Shown piece after piece: positions 38,681 to 48,335 of a stretch of DNA of 64,000 bases (its first letter is position 1; each line of letters begins with the position of its first letter). The stretch is taken from positions 3,248-67,247 of the forward strand of contig JAFLTH010000004.1 in NCBI GenBank assembly GCA_022510525.1. Reading direction: 5' to 3'. A model generated the notes under the pieces. That model made no database searches and was not told where the DNA came from. It saw only the letters and a list, made by a program, of their open reading frames with translations. Position numbers and translations under genes: made by a program. This DNA is from Lachnospiraceae bacterium. GTDB taxonomy: Bacteria > Bacillota > Clostridia > Lachnospirales > Lachnospiraceae.

Positions 38681-40165
38681 TTACAGTCTTCCGTACAGTT
38701 TTGTCATGTTTCTTATGCGAAGGGCAAGTTCTTCATTGAATGCGCCCGGAAGCATTCTCCACTTCCAGTTAAGTCCAAGCGTGGAGGGTATATTAATTCT
38801 TGCCTCAGCTCCGAGACCGAGATAATCCTGCATTGGAATGATGCAAGTATCGGATACGCTTGCCATGGCGGCTCTGATAAATTCCCACTGTATATCCTTA
38901 TTCTTATTTATATTGAGATATCTTTTGGCAAAAGATCTGTCATGTCTGTTCATAGTCCTAAGCCAGCCAAGCACGGTATCATTGTCATGCGTTCCGGTAT
39001 AAACCACACTGTTTGTCGTATAGTTGTGAGGAAGATAATCGCTTTCCTCTCTTGAATCAAAGGCAAACTGAAGAATCTTCATTCCGGGATAACCGGTTTT
39101 TTTCACAAGTTTCAGTACCGAATCGGTCAAAAAACCAAGATCCTCAGCAATTACAGGTTTTTTACCAAGTTCAGCTTTCATGGTTTTAAATATATCATAA
39201 CCCGGCCCCTTTTCCCAATGTCCGAATTCAGCGGTAGGGTCTCCGTACGGAATTGAATAATACTCATCAAAACCTCTGAAATGGTCAATTCTGACTACAT
39301 CATAGAGTTTATAGCAGTAAGAAATCCTCTTCATCCACCATTCATATCCGGTTTCCTTGTGATATTCCCAACGGTATAAGGGATTGCCCCACAACTGACC
39401 GGTGACGGAAAACGCATCGGGCGGACAGCCTGCAACTCCAATCGGCTCCAGATTTTCATTAAGCTGAAACAGTTTGGGGTTAGCCCAGGTATCCGAGCTG
39501 TCAAAAGCCACATATATGGGGATATCTCCTATAATCTTAATCTTCTTTTTATTGGCATATTCTTTTAAGGCAAACCACTGTTTGGTAAATATAAACTGCT
39601 GAAACTTATAAAAATCGATTTCGTCCTTATATTTTTCCTTATATTTTTCAAGGGCCGCTTTTTTACGGAGCCTGATATCCTCATCCCACTCTATGAAACT
39701 CACTCCGTCAAAGGAATTTTTGACAGCCATATAAAGAGCATAGTCATCAAGCCAATATGCATTTTTCCTGACAAAATCCCGATAAGCCTTATCGGCTTCC
39801 AGATTGTTGCTCCCGGCGTTTTTAAATGCGGTTCTAAGTACCTTGAATCGGGAGAAATATATTTTCTCATAATCTATATATTCGTCATTATCGCCAAAAT
39901 CATAGCTATCGCAGTCTTTCTTAGTCAGATACCCTTCCTCAATCAGAGTTTCCAGATCAATATAATAAGGATTTCCGGCAAAAGTAGAAAAAGACTGGTA
40001 TGGCGAATCTCCGTAGCCGGTCGGTCCGAGAGGCAGTATCTGCCAATAGGTCTGACCTGCCTGTTCCAATAAATCTACAAATTCATATGCCTGCCTTGAA
40101 AATGTTCCAATTCCGTATTTTGACGGAATGCTTGAAACCGGCAGCAACACCCCGCTTTTTCTCAT
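38681..40165 (-). CDS. malQ: 4-alpha-glucanotransferase (amylomaltase, GH77)
   Basis: WQILPLGP, GDIPIYV, GQLWGNP, RIDHFRG, AEDLG, GTHDNDT. Confidence 0.96.
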   Translation of the reverse strand: MRKSGVLLPVSSIPSKYGIGTFSRQAYEFVDLLEQAGQTYWQILPLGPTGYGDSPYQSFSTFAGNPYYIDLETLIEEGYLTKKDCDSYDFGDNDEYIDYEKIYFSRFKVLRTAFKNAGSNNLEADKAYRDFVRKNAYWLDDYALYMAVKNSFDGVSFIEWDEDIRLRKKAALEKYKEKYKDEIDFYKFQQFIFTKQWFALKEYANKKKIKIIGDIPIYVAFDSSDTWANPKLFQLNENLEPIGVAGCPPDAFSVTGQLWGNPLYRWEYHKETGYEWWMKRISYCYKLYDVVRIDHFRGFDEYYSIPYGDPTAEFGHWEKGPGYDIFKTMKAELGKKPVIAEDLGFLTDSVLKLVKKTGYPGMKILQFAFDSREESDYLPHNYTTNSVVYTGTHDNDTVLGWLRTMNRHDRSFAKRYLNINKNKDIQWEFIRAAMASVSDTCIIPMQDYLGLGAEARINIPSTLGLNWKWRMLPGAFNEELALRIRNMTKLYGRL

Positions 40166-40282
40166 ATCCGAAACCCCCAAAATGTATTATCACTACTATT
40201 CTACTATTCTTATAACAAACTATCAATACTTAACTGTTTATCTGCGCCCCGGCTCTTATATTGTATGCTATCCTTGTAAACA

Positions 40283-41107
40283 CTACAAAAACACAGTTAT
40301 ATCCCGCACCGAATCAAATATAAGATGAGGAAGCGCCTCAGCATCTTTAACATCACTTAATGCCGCCTCACCGCTGAGCACCAGGATACTTTTAAGGCCA
40401 TTGTTTACACCGGCGGCAATATCAGTATACAACCTGTCTCCCACCATCGCTATCGCTTCCCGCTCAACTCCCACTCTGTCAACCAGATAATCCACAATAT
40501 AGCCGTTTGGCTTACCGATTATACAATCCGGATAACGAAAAGCCGATGCATTGATAAATTCATGGATTGCCCCGATATCCGGAATAAAACCCGTCTCAGT
40601 CGGGCAGTTAAAATCGGGATGAGTTGCTATGTAAGGCAGTCCTGCTCTTACAAAATCACACACTTTGCACATTTTATCGTAATTTAGTGTAGTATCAAAC
40701 GCCGTAACGACCACATCCGGAGTCTCATCATCAAGCATTATTCCCGCCTGTTCAAACTGCTCACACAACATAGGATTACCCAAAAGAAAAACTTTTTTAT
40801 CAGGAAAATTTTCCTGCAGATAACGAATCGCTGCCTGCGCGGAAGTGATAAGCTTCTCTTCTCCCACATCCAGCCCCATTCGATGCAGCTTGTCCACATA
40901 AACCGCCGGATTTTTAGAAGAATTATTCGTCACAAAAACAAAACTGCGCCCCGATTCTTCAATCTTTTTCAAAAAATCCAAAGCCCCGTCAATCCATTTC
41001 TCCCCCAGATAAACAGTACCATCCATATCCAGCGCAAAGCATTTAATATTCTCTATAATACGCCCCTTGTCCTGATTTATTTCAGGAATAGCCCTTTTCA
41101 TATCCAT
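40283..41107 (-). CDS. HAD subfamily IIA hydrolase (NagD-like)
   Basis: DMDGT, TNNS, GKP, GDRLYTDI. Confidence 0.92.
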   Translation of the reverse strand: MDMKRAIPEINQDKGRIIENIKCFALDMDGTVYLGEKWIDGALDFLKKIEESGRSFVFVTNNSSKNPAVYVDKLHRMGLDVGEEKLITSAQAAIRYLQENFPDKKVFLLGNPMLCEQFEQAGIMLDDETPDVVVTAFDTTLNYDKMCKVCDFVRAGLPYIATHPDFNCPTETGFIPDIGAIHEFINASAFRYPDCIIGKPNGYIVDYLVDRVGVEREAIAMVGDRLYTDIAAGVNNGLKSILVLSGEAALSDVKDAEALPHLIFDSVRDITVFL

Positions 41108-41220
41108 AATTGTTACCAGTCTTTCAAATTTCTTCCGAATATAAGTATAGTTATAATTTTCATTGGTTGCAACTTATTTTTCTTAAAGTATACGGGATTG
41201 CTTGAATCAGTACCTTCGAT

Positions 41221-41288
41221 ATGTTACTATTGTTATGTAATATTCAGTAATGTTATTATTGAAATGTAATATTTATCAATGTTATTAT
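41221..41288. repeat. Imperfect direct repeats (29-bp period, 14/15-bp sub-period)
   Basis: ATGTTACTATTGTTATGTAATATTCAGTA / ATGTTATTATTGAAATGTAATATTTATCA / ATGTTATTAT. Confidence 0.65.
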
Positions 41289-41368
41289 GGACTCAGACGA
41301 AATAAACAAAAACGGGGCAAGTTGCCACCGCATCCGAAGCCCCGTTTTTGTTTATTTTGGCTGAGTCC
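41289..41368. repeat. 30-bp inverted repeat with 20-nt spacer (MITE-like or RNA hairpin)
   Basis: GGACTCAGACGAAATAAACAAAAACGGGGC ... GCCCCGTTTTTGTTTATTTTGGCTGAGTCC; 28/30 complementary. Confidence 0.85.
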
Positions 41369-41396
41369 CTCGATACATCAGAAAGGTACAAACTTT

Positions 41397-42155
41397 ATGA
41401 AAGAACAATTATACACAATCCCGTTAAATGACGCCATAAACGCCAACGACGAATGCCCGTTCTGCTTTATCGAAAGAAACGTAGAACAGGACTTGCTGGA
41501 CTTCACATTAGGTTCCGGATCCTCTTATATGGAAAGCGATGTCAGGGATGCTACCGACAAGGCCGGCTTTTGTCGTGCGCATTTCAAGAAAATGTTTGAT
41601 TATGGCAATACCCTTGGCAATGCCTGGATACTCAAGACCCACTATGCCCGAATGAATAACGAAATGAAAGCACAGTTTCAGAACTATACTCCGGGTAAAA
41701 CTTCTTTAATGGATAAATTCAAAAAACATGCCGAAGGCTGTAATCCAATCGGCCTCTGGGTGAAGGAAAAGGAAAAGTCCTGCTATATCTGTAACCGTTT
41801 TCAGGATACATATGCACGATATATCGATACTTTTTTCTTTATGTATAAAAAAGACCCTGAATTCGTAGAAAGAATCAAAAACAGCAAAGGCTTCTGCCTG
41901 CATCATTTCGGTGATTTATGCGATGCTGCCGAAAGCCAGTTAAATGATAAAGAGAAAACCGACTTCTTTGATATGGTTTTTAAACTCATGGAAGATAATA
42001 TGGAAAGACTGGCAGAGGATGTATCGTGGCTGGTGGAAAAATTTGATTACAAAAACAAGGATGCCGACTGGAAAAACTCCAAAGACGCCATCCAGCGTGG
42101 AATGCAGAAATTAAAAGGAGGCTATCCTGCGGATGCCCCCTATAAAAAATCATAA
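41397..42155 (+). CDS. DUF6062-like protein with duplicated Cys/His motifs
   Basis: CPFC..GFCRAH and CYIC..GFCLHH; GAAAGG RBS before ATG 41397. Confidence 0.7.
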   Translation: MKEQLYTIPLNDAINANDECPFCFIERNVEQDLLDFTLGSGSSYMESDVRDATDKAGFCRAHFKKMFDYGNTLGNAWILKTHYARMNNEMKAQFQNYTPGKTSLMDKFKKHAEGCNPIGLWVKEKEKSCYICNRFQDTYARYIDTFFFMYKKDPEFVERIKNSKGFCLHHFGDLCDAAESQLNDKEKTDFFDMVFKLMEDNMERLAEDVSWLVEKFDYKNKDADWKNSKDAIQRGMQKLKGGYPADAPYKKS

Positions 42156-42170
42156 CCGGTTATACACAAA

Positions 42171-42596
42171 TTACATTGCATCTAAAGAGTCGTTAATTTC
42201 ATACTCTTCATCTTCTGCGTCTTCATCATCAAAAAACTCTTCAACATTGGTCTCGGAATTATCAGCAGAGTCTGCAGGCTCATTTGATTCACCGACAATT
42301 TTATCGGTTGCTTCGGCTTTAGCCGCATTTAAGCCTTCTCTAAAATCATCTTCCTTATCTTCTGCCATCTCTTCGATTTTCTCTGCAGTCTTTGACAAAT
42401 CCAGATCAACATATTTACGATCAGCCTCGGATTCTACATCATCATCCAAATCTTCATCGAAATCATCAAAATCATCGTCTTCATCAAAATCATCATCCAG
42501 GAACTCATCTTTCTTCATAAAGAAATAATATGCTCCTGCCGCAAGAGCACCCAAAGCTGCTGTTGTCATTAAAAATTTACCAAATTTTTTTGCCAT
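42171..42596 (-). CDS. Highly acidic protein with N-terminal membrane anchor
   Basis: MAKKFGKFLMTTAALGALAAGAYYFF followed by D/E-rich low-complexity sequence; AAGGAG RBS. Confidence 0.8.
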   Translation of the reverse strand: MAKKFGKFLMTTAALGALAAGAYYFFMKKDEFLDDDFDEDDDFDDFDEDLDDDVESEADRKYVDLDLSKTAEKIEEMAEDKEDDFREGLNAAKAEATDKIVGESNEPADSADNSETNVEEFFDDEDAEDEEYEINDSLDAM

Positions 42597-42774
42597 TGTG
42601 GAAGTCTCCTTTCACTTTTCCCCATTTCTTTTATTCACATACCAATATATTAATACTATTTTGCGAAAATGAAAAGGGAATATGTATAAAAAAAGAATTA
42701 TTTTTTTTAATACATTTGTTTATATACAATATCTTGTGTCTAAAAAAAAAGAATAACTAGTTTTTCCTTAATTA

Positions 42775-42837
42775 TTGAATAGATACTTATTTTATGATAT
42801 ATTAAAATTCGACTCATAAAGTCAATTTGTGTCGAAT
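42775..42837 (+). promoter_or_regulatory. Promoter and candidate operator of the TetR gene
   Basis: TTGAAT-17bp-TATATT with extended TG; imperfect palindrome ATTCGACTCATA...TTTGTGTCGAAT at 42807-37. Confidence 0.5.
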
Positions 42838-42851
42838 AGGAAGGATTCCAA

Positions 42852-43451
42852 ATGAACGAAAAATTTTTTGACTTAAAAAAAGAAAAGCAGGACAGGATGA
42901 TAAATGCAGCTCTGAAAATATTTGCGTTAAACGGATACAAGCATGCCAGTACAGACGATATTGTCAATGAAGCCGGAATCAGCAAAGGCTTATTATTTCA
43001 CTATTTCGGAAGTAAGCTTGGACTTTATACCTTTTTATATGATTATAGTGTCAGATTTATGAAGCTTGAATTGACCAGGGGAGTCACTGATACAACCGAC
43101 TATTTTGAGATTCGCAAACAAATTGAATTTTCCAAGATGCAGGTACTTAAAAATTATCCATATATGCAGCATTTCTTAGATTGTACAAAATCCGAGAACG
43201 TAAAGGAGGCATTGCTTGCGATTGAAGACCAGCGCGGTGCTATGACAGAAGTCTATACCGAGATAATGGGCAAAGTTGACAAAGCTTTGTTTGCATCTAA
43301 TGTTGACTTTAATAAATTGGACGCTATGCTGGAATACACCATTAAAGGACTTATGATTGAACGTTTCAATGAGGCATCATTTAATCCTGAAATGTTATAT
43401 GAGGAAATTGTAGGTTACCTTACAATGATGAAGAAGATTACGTATAAATAG
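42852..43451 (+). CDS. TetR/AcrR family regulator
   Basis: FALNGYKHASTDDIVNEAGISKGLLFHYFGSK. Confidence 0.93.
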   Translation: MNEKFFDLKKEKQDRMINAALKIFALNGYKHASTDDIVNEAGISKGLLFHYFGSKLGLYTFLYDYSVRFMKLELTRGVTDTTDYFEIRKQIEFSKMQVLKNYPYMQHFLDCTKSENVKEALLAIEDQRGAMTEVYTEIMGKVDKALFASNVDFNKLDAMLEYTIKGLMIERFNEASFNPEMLYEEIVGYLTMMKKITYK

Positions 43452-43491
43452 AGAACGCTCATAAAATTTTATATATGATAAGAAAATGCCG

Positions 43492-44355
43492 CTATTTCTT
43501 AGCGGCATTCTTTTCTTTAACTTTCTTTACAAGCATTTCCTTAATCGTTCGTGCCTTATCTTTCATACGCGGGTTCGCTGTAGATGAAGTCAATATTCCG
43601 GATATCAGGCGGTTTGATACATCATATTGCTCAAAGCGCATAGCGGTTACGGCTATCAGATAATCCACCGTGGTTTCATCCATACCGCACATCGGAAAGC
43701 TCTCGGTCTGTCTTGCAGATATAAAGCCTTCCAGCGCATTATGCAAAAATTCATTTTCTTCTTCTTCGATTGCCTTTTTCTGATTCTCATATTCCGGATC
43801 GGAGATATCCATATGCTCTAATTTACCACGCAGCAACCACGCTGCTTTAAGACATATATATGCTTTCTCACTTGGCTTTGCCTGCTTTACTATGGCATTG
43901 ACCAACGCCAGTTTATAGCGTTCCAGTGCCTCATCATAAGTATATATCTCGTTAGTATCTTCCTGAGATTTGAAAGATGAGGAAATCTTTTCCCTAATGT
44001 TCTTCACCTGCGTTGAAGTAGCAAATTTGAAAAATCTGCTCAGTGCGGCATAACCACAATGAGGACACATAATTACATCATACTTTAACAAATCCACCTG
44101 ATCATATTTAGGACGAAGATCTATATCGGTCCCTGCCAGTTTTACTTTACCGACTTTGACTGTTCTTGCCTTAAAATTCGCATCGCAGACAGGGCAATTT
44201 TGAGATTTATCAAACAGATAATCCTGCTCCTGCATTACAGGTGCGGCTTCTCCGCCTTCTCCGTTGCTTTCCGCTTTCTTTGGCTCCTCATATAAATTCA
44301 TATTTTCCAGATTGCCCAGTCCGAACTGGCCCAATCCTGATAATAAATCTGCCAT
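43492..44355 (-). CDS. DUF2225-like protein (Zn ribbon plus helical region)
   Basis: CPVC...D.DLRPKY...CPHCGYA; LKAAWLLR. Confidence 0.75.
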   Translation of the reverse strand: MADLLSGLGQFGLGNLENMNLYEEPKKAESNGEGGEAAPVMQEQDYLFDKSQNCPVCDANFKARTVKVGKVKLAGTDIDLRPKYDQVDLLKYDVIMCPHCGYAALSRFFKFATSTQVKNIREKISSSFKSQEDTNEIYTYDEALERYKLALVNAIVKQAKPSEKAYICLKAAWLLRGKLEHMDISDPEYENQKKAIEEEENEFLHNALEGFISARQTESFPMCGMDETTVDYLIAVTAMRFEQYDVSNRLISGILTSSTANPRMKDKARTIKEMLVKKVKEKNAAKK

Positions 44356-44403
44356 TTGTAACTCCTCCCGCTCCTTATTTTTTATTATAATTATCTTGCC
44401 GCT

Positions 44404-46101
44404 TTATGACTTTGGCAGAACATAAGAACTTTTTAGTGAAACAATTCTGTTAAACACAAGTGAATCAGGTTTCGAGTCCTTACAGTCCACACAGAAAAAT
44501 CCCTGCCTTACAAACTGGAAACTGTCATATGCGGCTGCATTTGCCACCGACGGTTCAATTCTGCATTCGTTTAACACCGTCAGCGAATTTGGATTCAGAT
44601 TAAGGCTTCCGTCTTCATTATAAACGCCTTTTTCCTCATCTATAATGTTTTCATACAACCTTACCTGAGCTTTAATCGACGAAGATGCCGGTACCCAGTG
44701 GATTGTTCCCTTAACCTTGCGTCCGTCCGGACTGTTTCCGCCATTGGATGCCGGATCATAGGTACAATGGACCACTGTGACATTGCCATCATCATCCTTT
44801 TCAAAACCGGTACAGGTAACAAAGTATGCATGCATCAGCCTTACTTCATTTCCCGGGAAAAGCCTGAAATACTTCTTCGGCGGCTCTTCCATAAAATCGT
44901 CTCTATCAATATACAGCTCTCTTTCAAACGGCACCTCTCTGGTTCCCAGACTCTCATTTTCCAGATTATTGGCAACCGTAAGCATTTCCGTCTGACCCTC
45001 GGGATAATTATCAATCACCAGTTTAATTGGGTCTAATGCCGCCATTATACGAGGTTTCTTAAGTTTAAGGTCTTCCCTGATGCAGTACTCCAGCATTGAA
45101 TACTCAGCGGAAGAGTTTGCCTTGGACACACCGCATAAGTCTACAAACAACTGTATGGATTCCGGTGTAAATCCTCTTCTTCTAAGTGCTGCTATGGATA
45201 CCAGCCTCGGGTCATCCCAACCGTCAACTATTCCGTCCTCTACCAGCTTTTTAATATATCTCTTACCGGTGACTACATTGGTCAAATACATCTTGGCAAA
45301 TTCAATCTGCTTCGGAGGATGCTCGTACTCCAGCTCTTCAACCACCCAGTTATAGAGTGGTCTGTGATCCTCAAATTCCAGCGTACAGATTGAATGGGTA
45401 ACCCCCTCTATTGCATCCTCAATAGGATGCGCAAAGTCATACATAGGATATATACACCATTTATCGCCAGTATTATGATGAGACAGATGTGCCACACGGT
45501 AAAGAACCGGGTCTCTCATATTAATATTGGGAGATGACATATCTATCCTGGCGCGAAGGGTCTTTTCACCATCTGCATATTTCCCGTTTTTCATATCATC
45601 AAACAACTTCAGGTTCTCATCTATGCCTCTGTCACGGTTAGGATCGTTTTTGCCCGGTTCGGTCAATGTTCCTCTGTATTCACGCATCTGTTCAGCGCTT
45701 AAATCAGAGACATAGGCCTTGCCCTTTTTAATTAACTTAACCGCTCCCTCATACATTTCATCAAAATAATCGGAAGCAAAAAACAATCTGTCCTCGAAAT
45801 CGGCACCAAGCCATTTTACGTCAGCCTTTATCGACTCAACAAACTCATTCTTTTCTTTCGTCGGATTTGTATCATCAAAACGCATATTGAACTTACCGCC
45901 GTATTCTTTGGCAAGTCCATAATTTAATAATATACTTTTGGCATGACCGATATGAAGATAACCGTTGGGTTCAGGGGGAAATCTTGTGTGTACGGTATCA
46001 TACACTCCCTCTGCCAAGTCCTTATCAATAATCTGCTCTATAAAATTTCTGGAAACAACTTCTTTATCGGTGTCTTCAGTCAGCTTCTCATTTTCGCCCA
46101 T
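44404..46101 (-). CDS. glnS: Glutamine--tRNA ligase
   Basis: [46 protein letters not shown]. Confidence 0.96.
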   Translation of the reverse strand: MGENEKLTEDTDKEVVSRNFIEQIIDKDLAEGVYDTVHTRFPPEPNGYLHIGHAKSILLNYGLAKEYGGKFNMRFDDTNPTKEKNEFVESIKADVKWLGADFEDRLFFASDYFDEMYEGAVKLIKKGKAYVSDLSAEQMREYRGTLTEPGKNDPNRDRGIDENLKLFDDMKNGKYADGEKTLRARIDMSSPNINMRDPVLYRVAHLSHHNTGDKWCIYPMYDFAHPIEDAIEGVTHSICTLEFEDHRPLYNWVVEELEYEHPPKQIEFAKMYLTNVVTGKRYIKKLVEDGIVDGWDDPRLVSIAALRRRGFTPESIQLFVDLCGVSKANSSAEYSMLEYCIREDLKLKKPRIMAALDPIKLVIDNYPEGQTEMLTVANNLENESLGTREVPFERELYIDRDDFMEEPPKKYFRLFPGNEVRLMHAYFVTCTGFEKDDDGNVTVVHCTYDPASNGGNSPDGRKVKGTIHWVPASSSIKAQVRLYENIIDEEKGVYNEDGSLNLNPNSLTVLNECRIEPSVANAAAYDSFQFVRQGFFCVDCKDSKPDSLVFNRIVSLKSSYVLPKS

Positions 46102-46396
46102 AATTTAGTTTTGGCCGCTGTATTATAAGACAGCGCCATCTGCTACCTCCTTTGGCGATTAATTAACAAAATACTATCGCCATTATCACTATATTACCAT
46201 AGCTGAGATAAAATATAAAGTACAAATTTTATACCTTATAGCTTATCTGTCCCGCCGTAGTATTTTTCTTACATGATTTTCCTCAATCTTCTTGAAAAAA
46301 AACGCACTATCTTATATAATTTTATATATATCTTGAGTTTCGGCTTAAATACCGGCAATCGCCCGAATATATTATAAAGTAAAGGAGATTACATAT

Positions 46397-47317
46397 ATGA
46401 GATTAGTTACACGTTCCGATTTTGACGGTCTTGCCTGCGGTGCATTATTAAAGGAAATCGGTCTGATTGACAGTTGGAAATTTGCACATCCCAAGGATTT
46501 ACAGGACGGTCTCGTAGAAATAACGGAAAACGACGTACTTGCAAATGTTCCGTTTGTAGAGGGCTGCGGACTTTGGTTTGATCACCATTCCAGTGAGCAC
46601 GAGCGCAACCAGCTGGCAGGAAAATATAAGGGTGAGAGCCGTATTACGCCTTCCTGCGCACGCATTATATATGACTACTATGGTGGAAAAGAGCGTTTTT
46701 CACATTTTGACGATATGATGGAGGCCGTTGATAAGGTAGACTCGGGAAACCTGACAATTGACGAAATCCAGAATCCGACCGGCTGGATACTGGTAGGCTT
46801 TCTGATGGATCCCAGAACAGGTCTTGGAAGATGGAGAAACTTTACTATTCCTAACTATAAACTTATGGAGAATCTGATGGAATGCTGCAGAACCATGAAT
46901 ACAGAAGAGATCCTGAATCTTCCCGATGTACAGGAACGTATTGCAATCTATCATGAGCAGGATGCCAAGTTCAAGGAAATGGTAAGAGCTCATACCAGAG
47001 TGGAAAAAGACGTTATCATTTCCGATTTGCGCGGTGTCGATCCTATTTATTCGGGAAATCGTTTCCTGATTTACAGTATGTATCCCGAGCAGAATATTTC
47101 GGTATGGATCGTAAACGGCAAAGGCGGTCTTGGATGTTCCGCTGCCGTTGGCTACAGTGTACTCAACAGAACTTCCAATGTTAACGTCGGAAGCCTGATG
47201 CTCAAATACGGCGGCGGCGGTCACAAAGCAGTCGGCACCTGTCAGTTCAATGATGAAGAGATGGATGAAAAGCTTGAGAAACTGATTGATGAGATAGTTA
47301 ATTATAAAGAAGATTAA
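46397..47317 (+). CDS. DHH-superfamily phosphoesterase (exopolyphosphatase/nanoRNase-like)
   Basis: DFDG, FDHH, GGGH motifs. Confidence 0.85.
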   Translation: MRLVTRSDFDGLACGALLKEIGLIDSWKFAHPKDLQDGLVEITENDVLANVPFVEGCGLWFDHHSSEHERNQLAGKYKGESRITPSCARIIYDYYGGKERFSHFDDMMEAVDKVDSGNLTIDEIQNPTGWILVGFLMDPRTGLGRWRNFTIPNYKLMENLMECCRTMNTEEILNLPDVQERIAIYHEQDAKFKEMVRAHTRVEKDVIISDLRGVDPIYSGNRFLIYSMYPEQNISVWIVNGKGGLGCSAAVGYSVLNRTSNVNVGSLMLKYGGGGHKAVGTCQFNDEEMDEKLEKLIDEIVNYKED

Positions 47318-47331
47318 TAATATAAATTTAG

Positions 47332-47383
47332 AGGGAGTATCACTTCATAACCGAAATTCAGTTATGACACGATACTCCCTTTT
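47332..47383. terminator. Hairpin/terminator between convergent genes
   Basis: AGGGAGTATC...TCATAAC/GTTATGA...GATACTCCCT followed by a T run on the plus strand. Confidence 0.7.
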
Positions 47384-47386
47384 AGC

Positions 47387-48208
47387 TTAGATTAGCGGAA
47401 TATTTTTATCAAAATTTGTAATATGATTGATCATCCATCCCATCAGGAATTCAATAAGACTCCCCAGATATATCTTGGGATTCTCCTCTATCTTATCAAC
47501 GTCAATTTCATCCAATCTGTCAATATAAGCATCATGCGCCTGTTTATGTGCATCATAACCTTCATAGCCTATGCTTTGCATATGCTCTTCTTCATCTGCA
47601 AAATGTGTTACCGTGCAGACTTTAAGTTCATCCAGAATATGTACTATTTCATCATAATCATCTCCTTCAACCCAGGATTTGACCAGATTAAATGCACGCT
47701 CCAGTATTTCAAACAGTATTCGGTGCTCCCTGTCTATAATATCAACACCTGTTATATATTCCTCTATATATTCACAGGGATTTTCTCTTAACATCCATTC
47801 TTCCAAAGGCGGCAGTTTTCCAATCATGGTATCACTGCTTATAATATGACGATACAGCCATAATGACAGAAAATCTATTAAGTCTCTTAGTGCCTCCATC
47901 TGTTCTTTCTCATTATCTATATTTTTCATTAAAAATTCAAAAAGCCTAATTTTAAATGACAAATGCTGAACACGCTGCAGAATAAGTTCCGGATCGCATA
48001 TTTTCTCCATATATGCCTCCTCATGCATAAAATGATTTTCTGCGTATTGATCCAGTCCGCTTAATATATTATGGATTTTATAGTACTTATCCTCACCATA
48101 GTCATATTCCAATATAGTTATGGCGTCATTAAACAGCTTAAACAGATGTTCATGCTCTTTATCAATTTCCTCCACACCCAGAACACAGTCCTTTGTAAAC
48201 CGAATCAT
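47387..48208 (-). CDS. Tandem two-domain bacteriohemerythrin
   Basis: Two repeats of GV..ID.EH..LF, HF..EE..M, (Q/H)...H, W...HI...D. Confidence 0.9.
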   Translation of the reverse strand: MIRFTKDCVLGVEEIDKEHEHLFKLFNDAITILEYDYGEDKYYKIHNILSGLDQYAENHFMHEEAYMEKICDPELILQRVQHLSFKIRLFEFLMKNIDNEKEQMEALRDLIDFLSLWLYRHIISSDTMIGKLPPLEEWMLRENPCEYIEEYITGVDIIDREHRILFEILERAFNLVKSWVEGDDYDEIVHILDELKVCTVTHFADEEEHMQSIGYEGYDAHKQAHDAYIDRLDEIDVDKIEENPKIYLGSLIEFLMGWMINHITNFDKNIPLI

Positions 48209-48335
48209 ATAACCCCTCTCTTCAACCACAGATGCTTAATGTCTTCAATATAACTCCATACTCAACAAATAACACCTTAAATACTTCACAAACAGTTTAC
48301 TTTATAAAAAGGGAATTGTAAAGTATCGGCAAGAT

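Noticed and set aside
41221-41290. Possible degenerate CRISPR array (contains ATTGAAAT)
   Set aside because: Repeats are directly adjacent with no spacers, and there are no cas genes in the window
41289-41368. Invertible promoter (inverton)
   Set aside because: The 20-nt spacer holds no promoter motif and there is no recombinase gene in the window; kept only as a hairpin or MITE candidate
42171-42520. TCATCA/TCATCG trinucleotide-like periodicity
   Set aside because: Explained by Asp/Glu-rich coding sequence on the minus strand
46117-46133. CTGTCTTATAATACAG (minus strand) resembling a Tn5/Nextera mosaic end
   Set aside because: Only a partial match to CTGTCTCTTATACACATCT, and explained by a local hairpin
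46102-46396. T-box leader for glnS
   Set aside because: No GGTGGNACC T-box motif or terminator/antiterminator found
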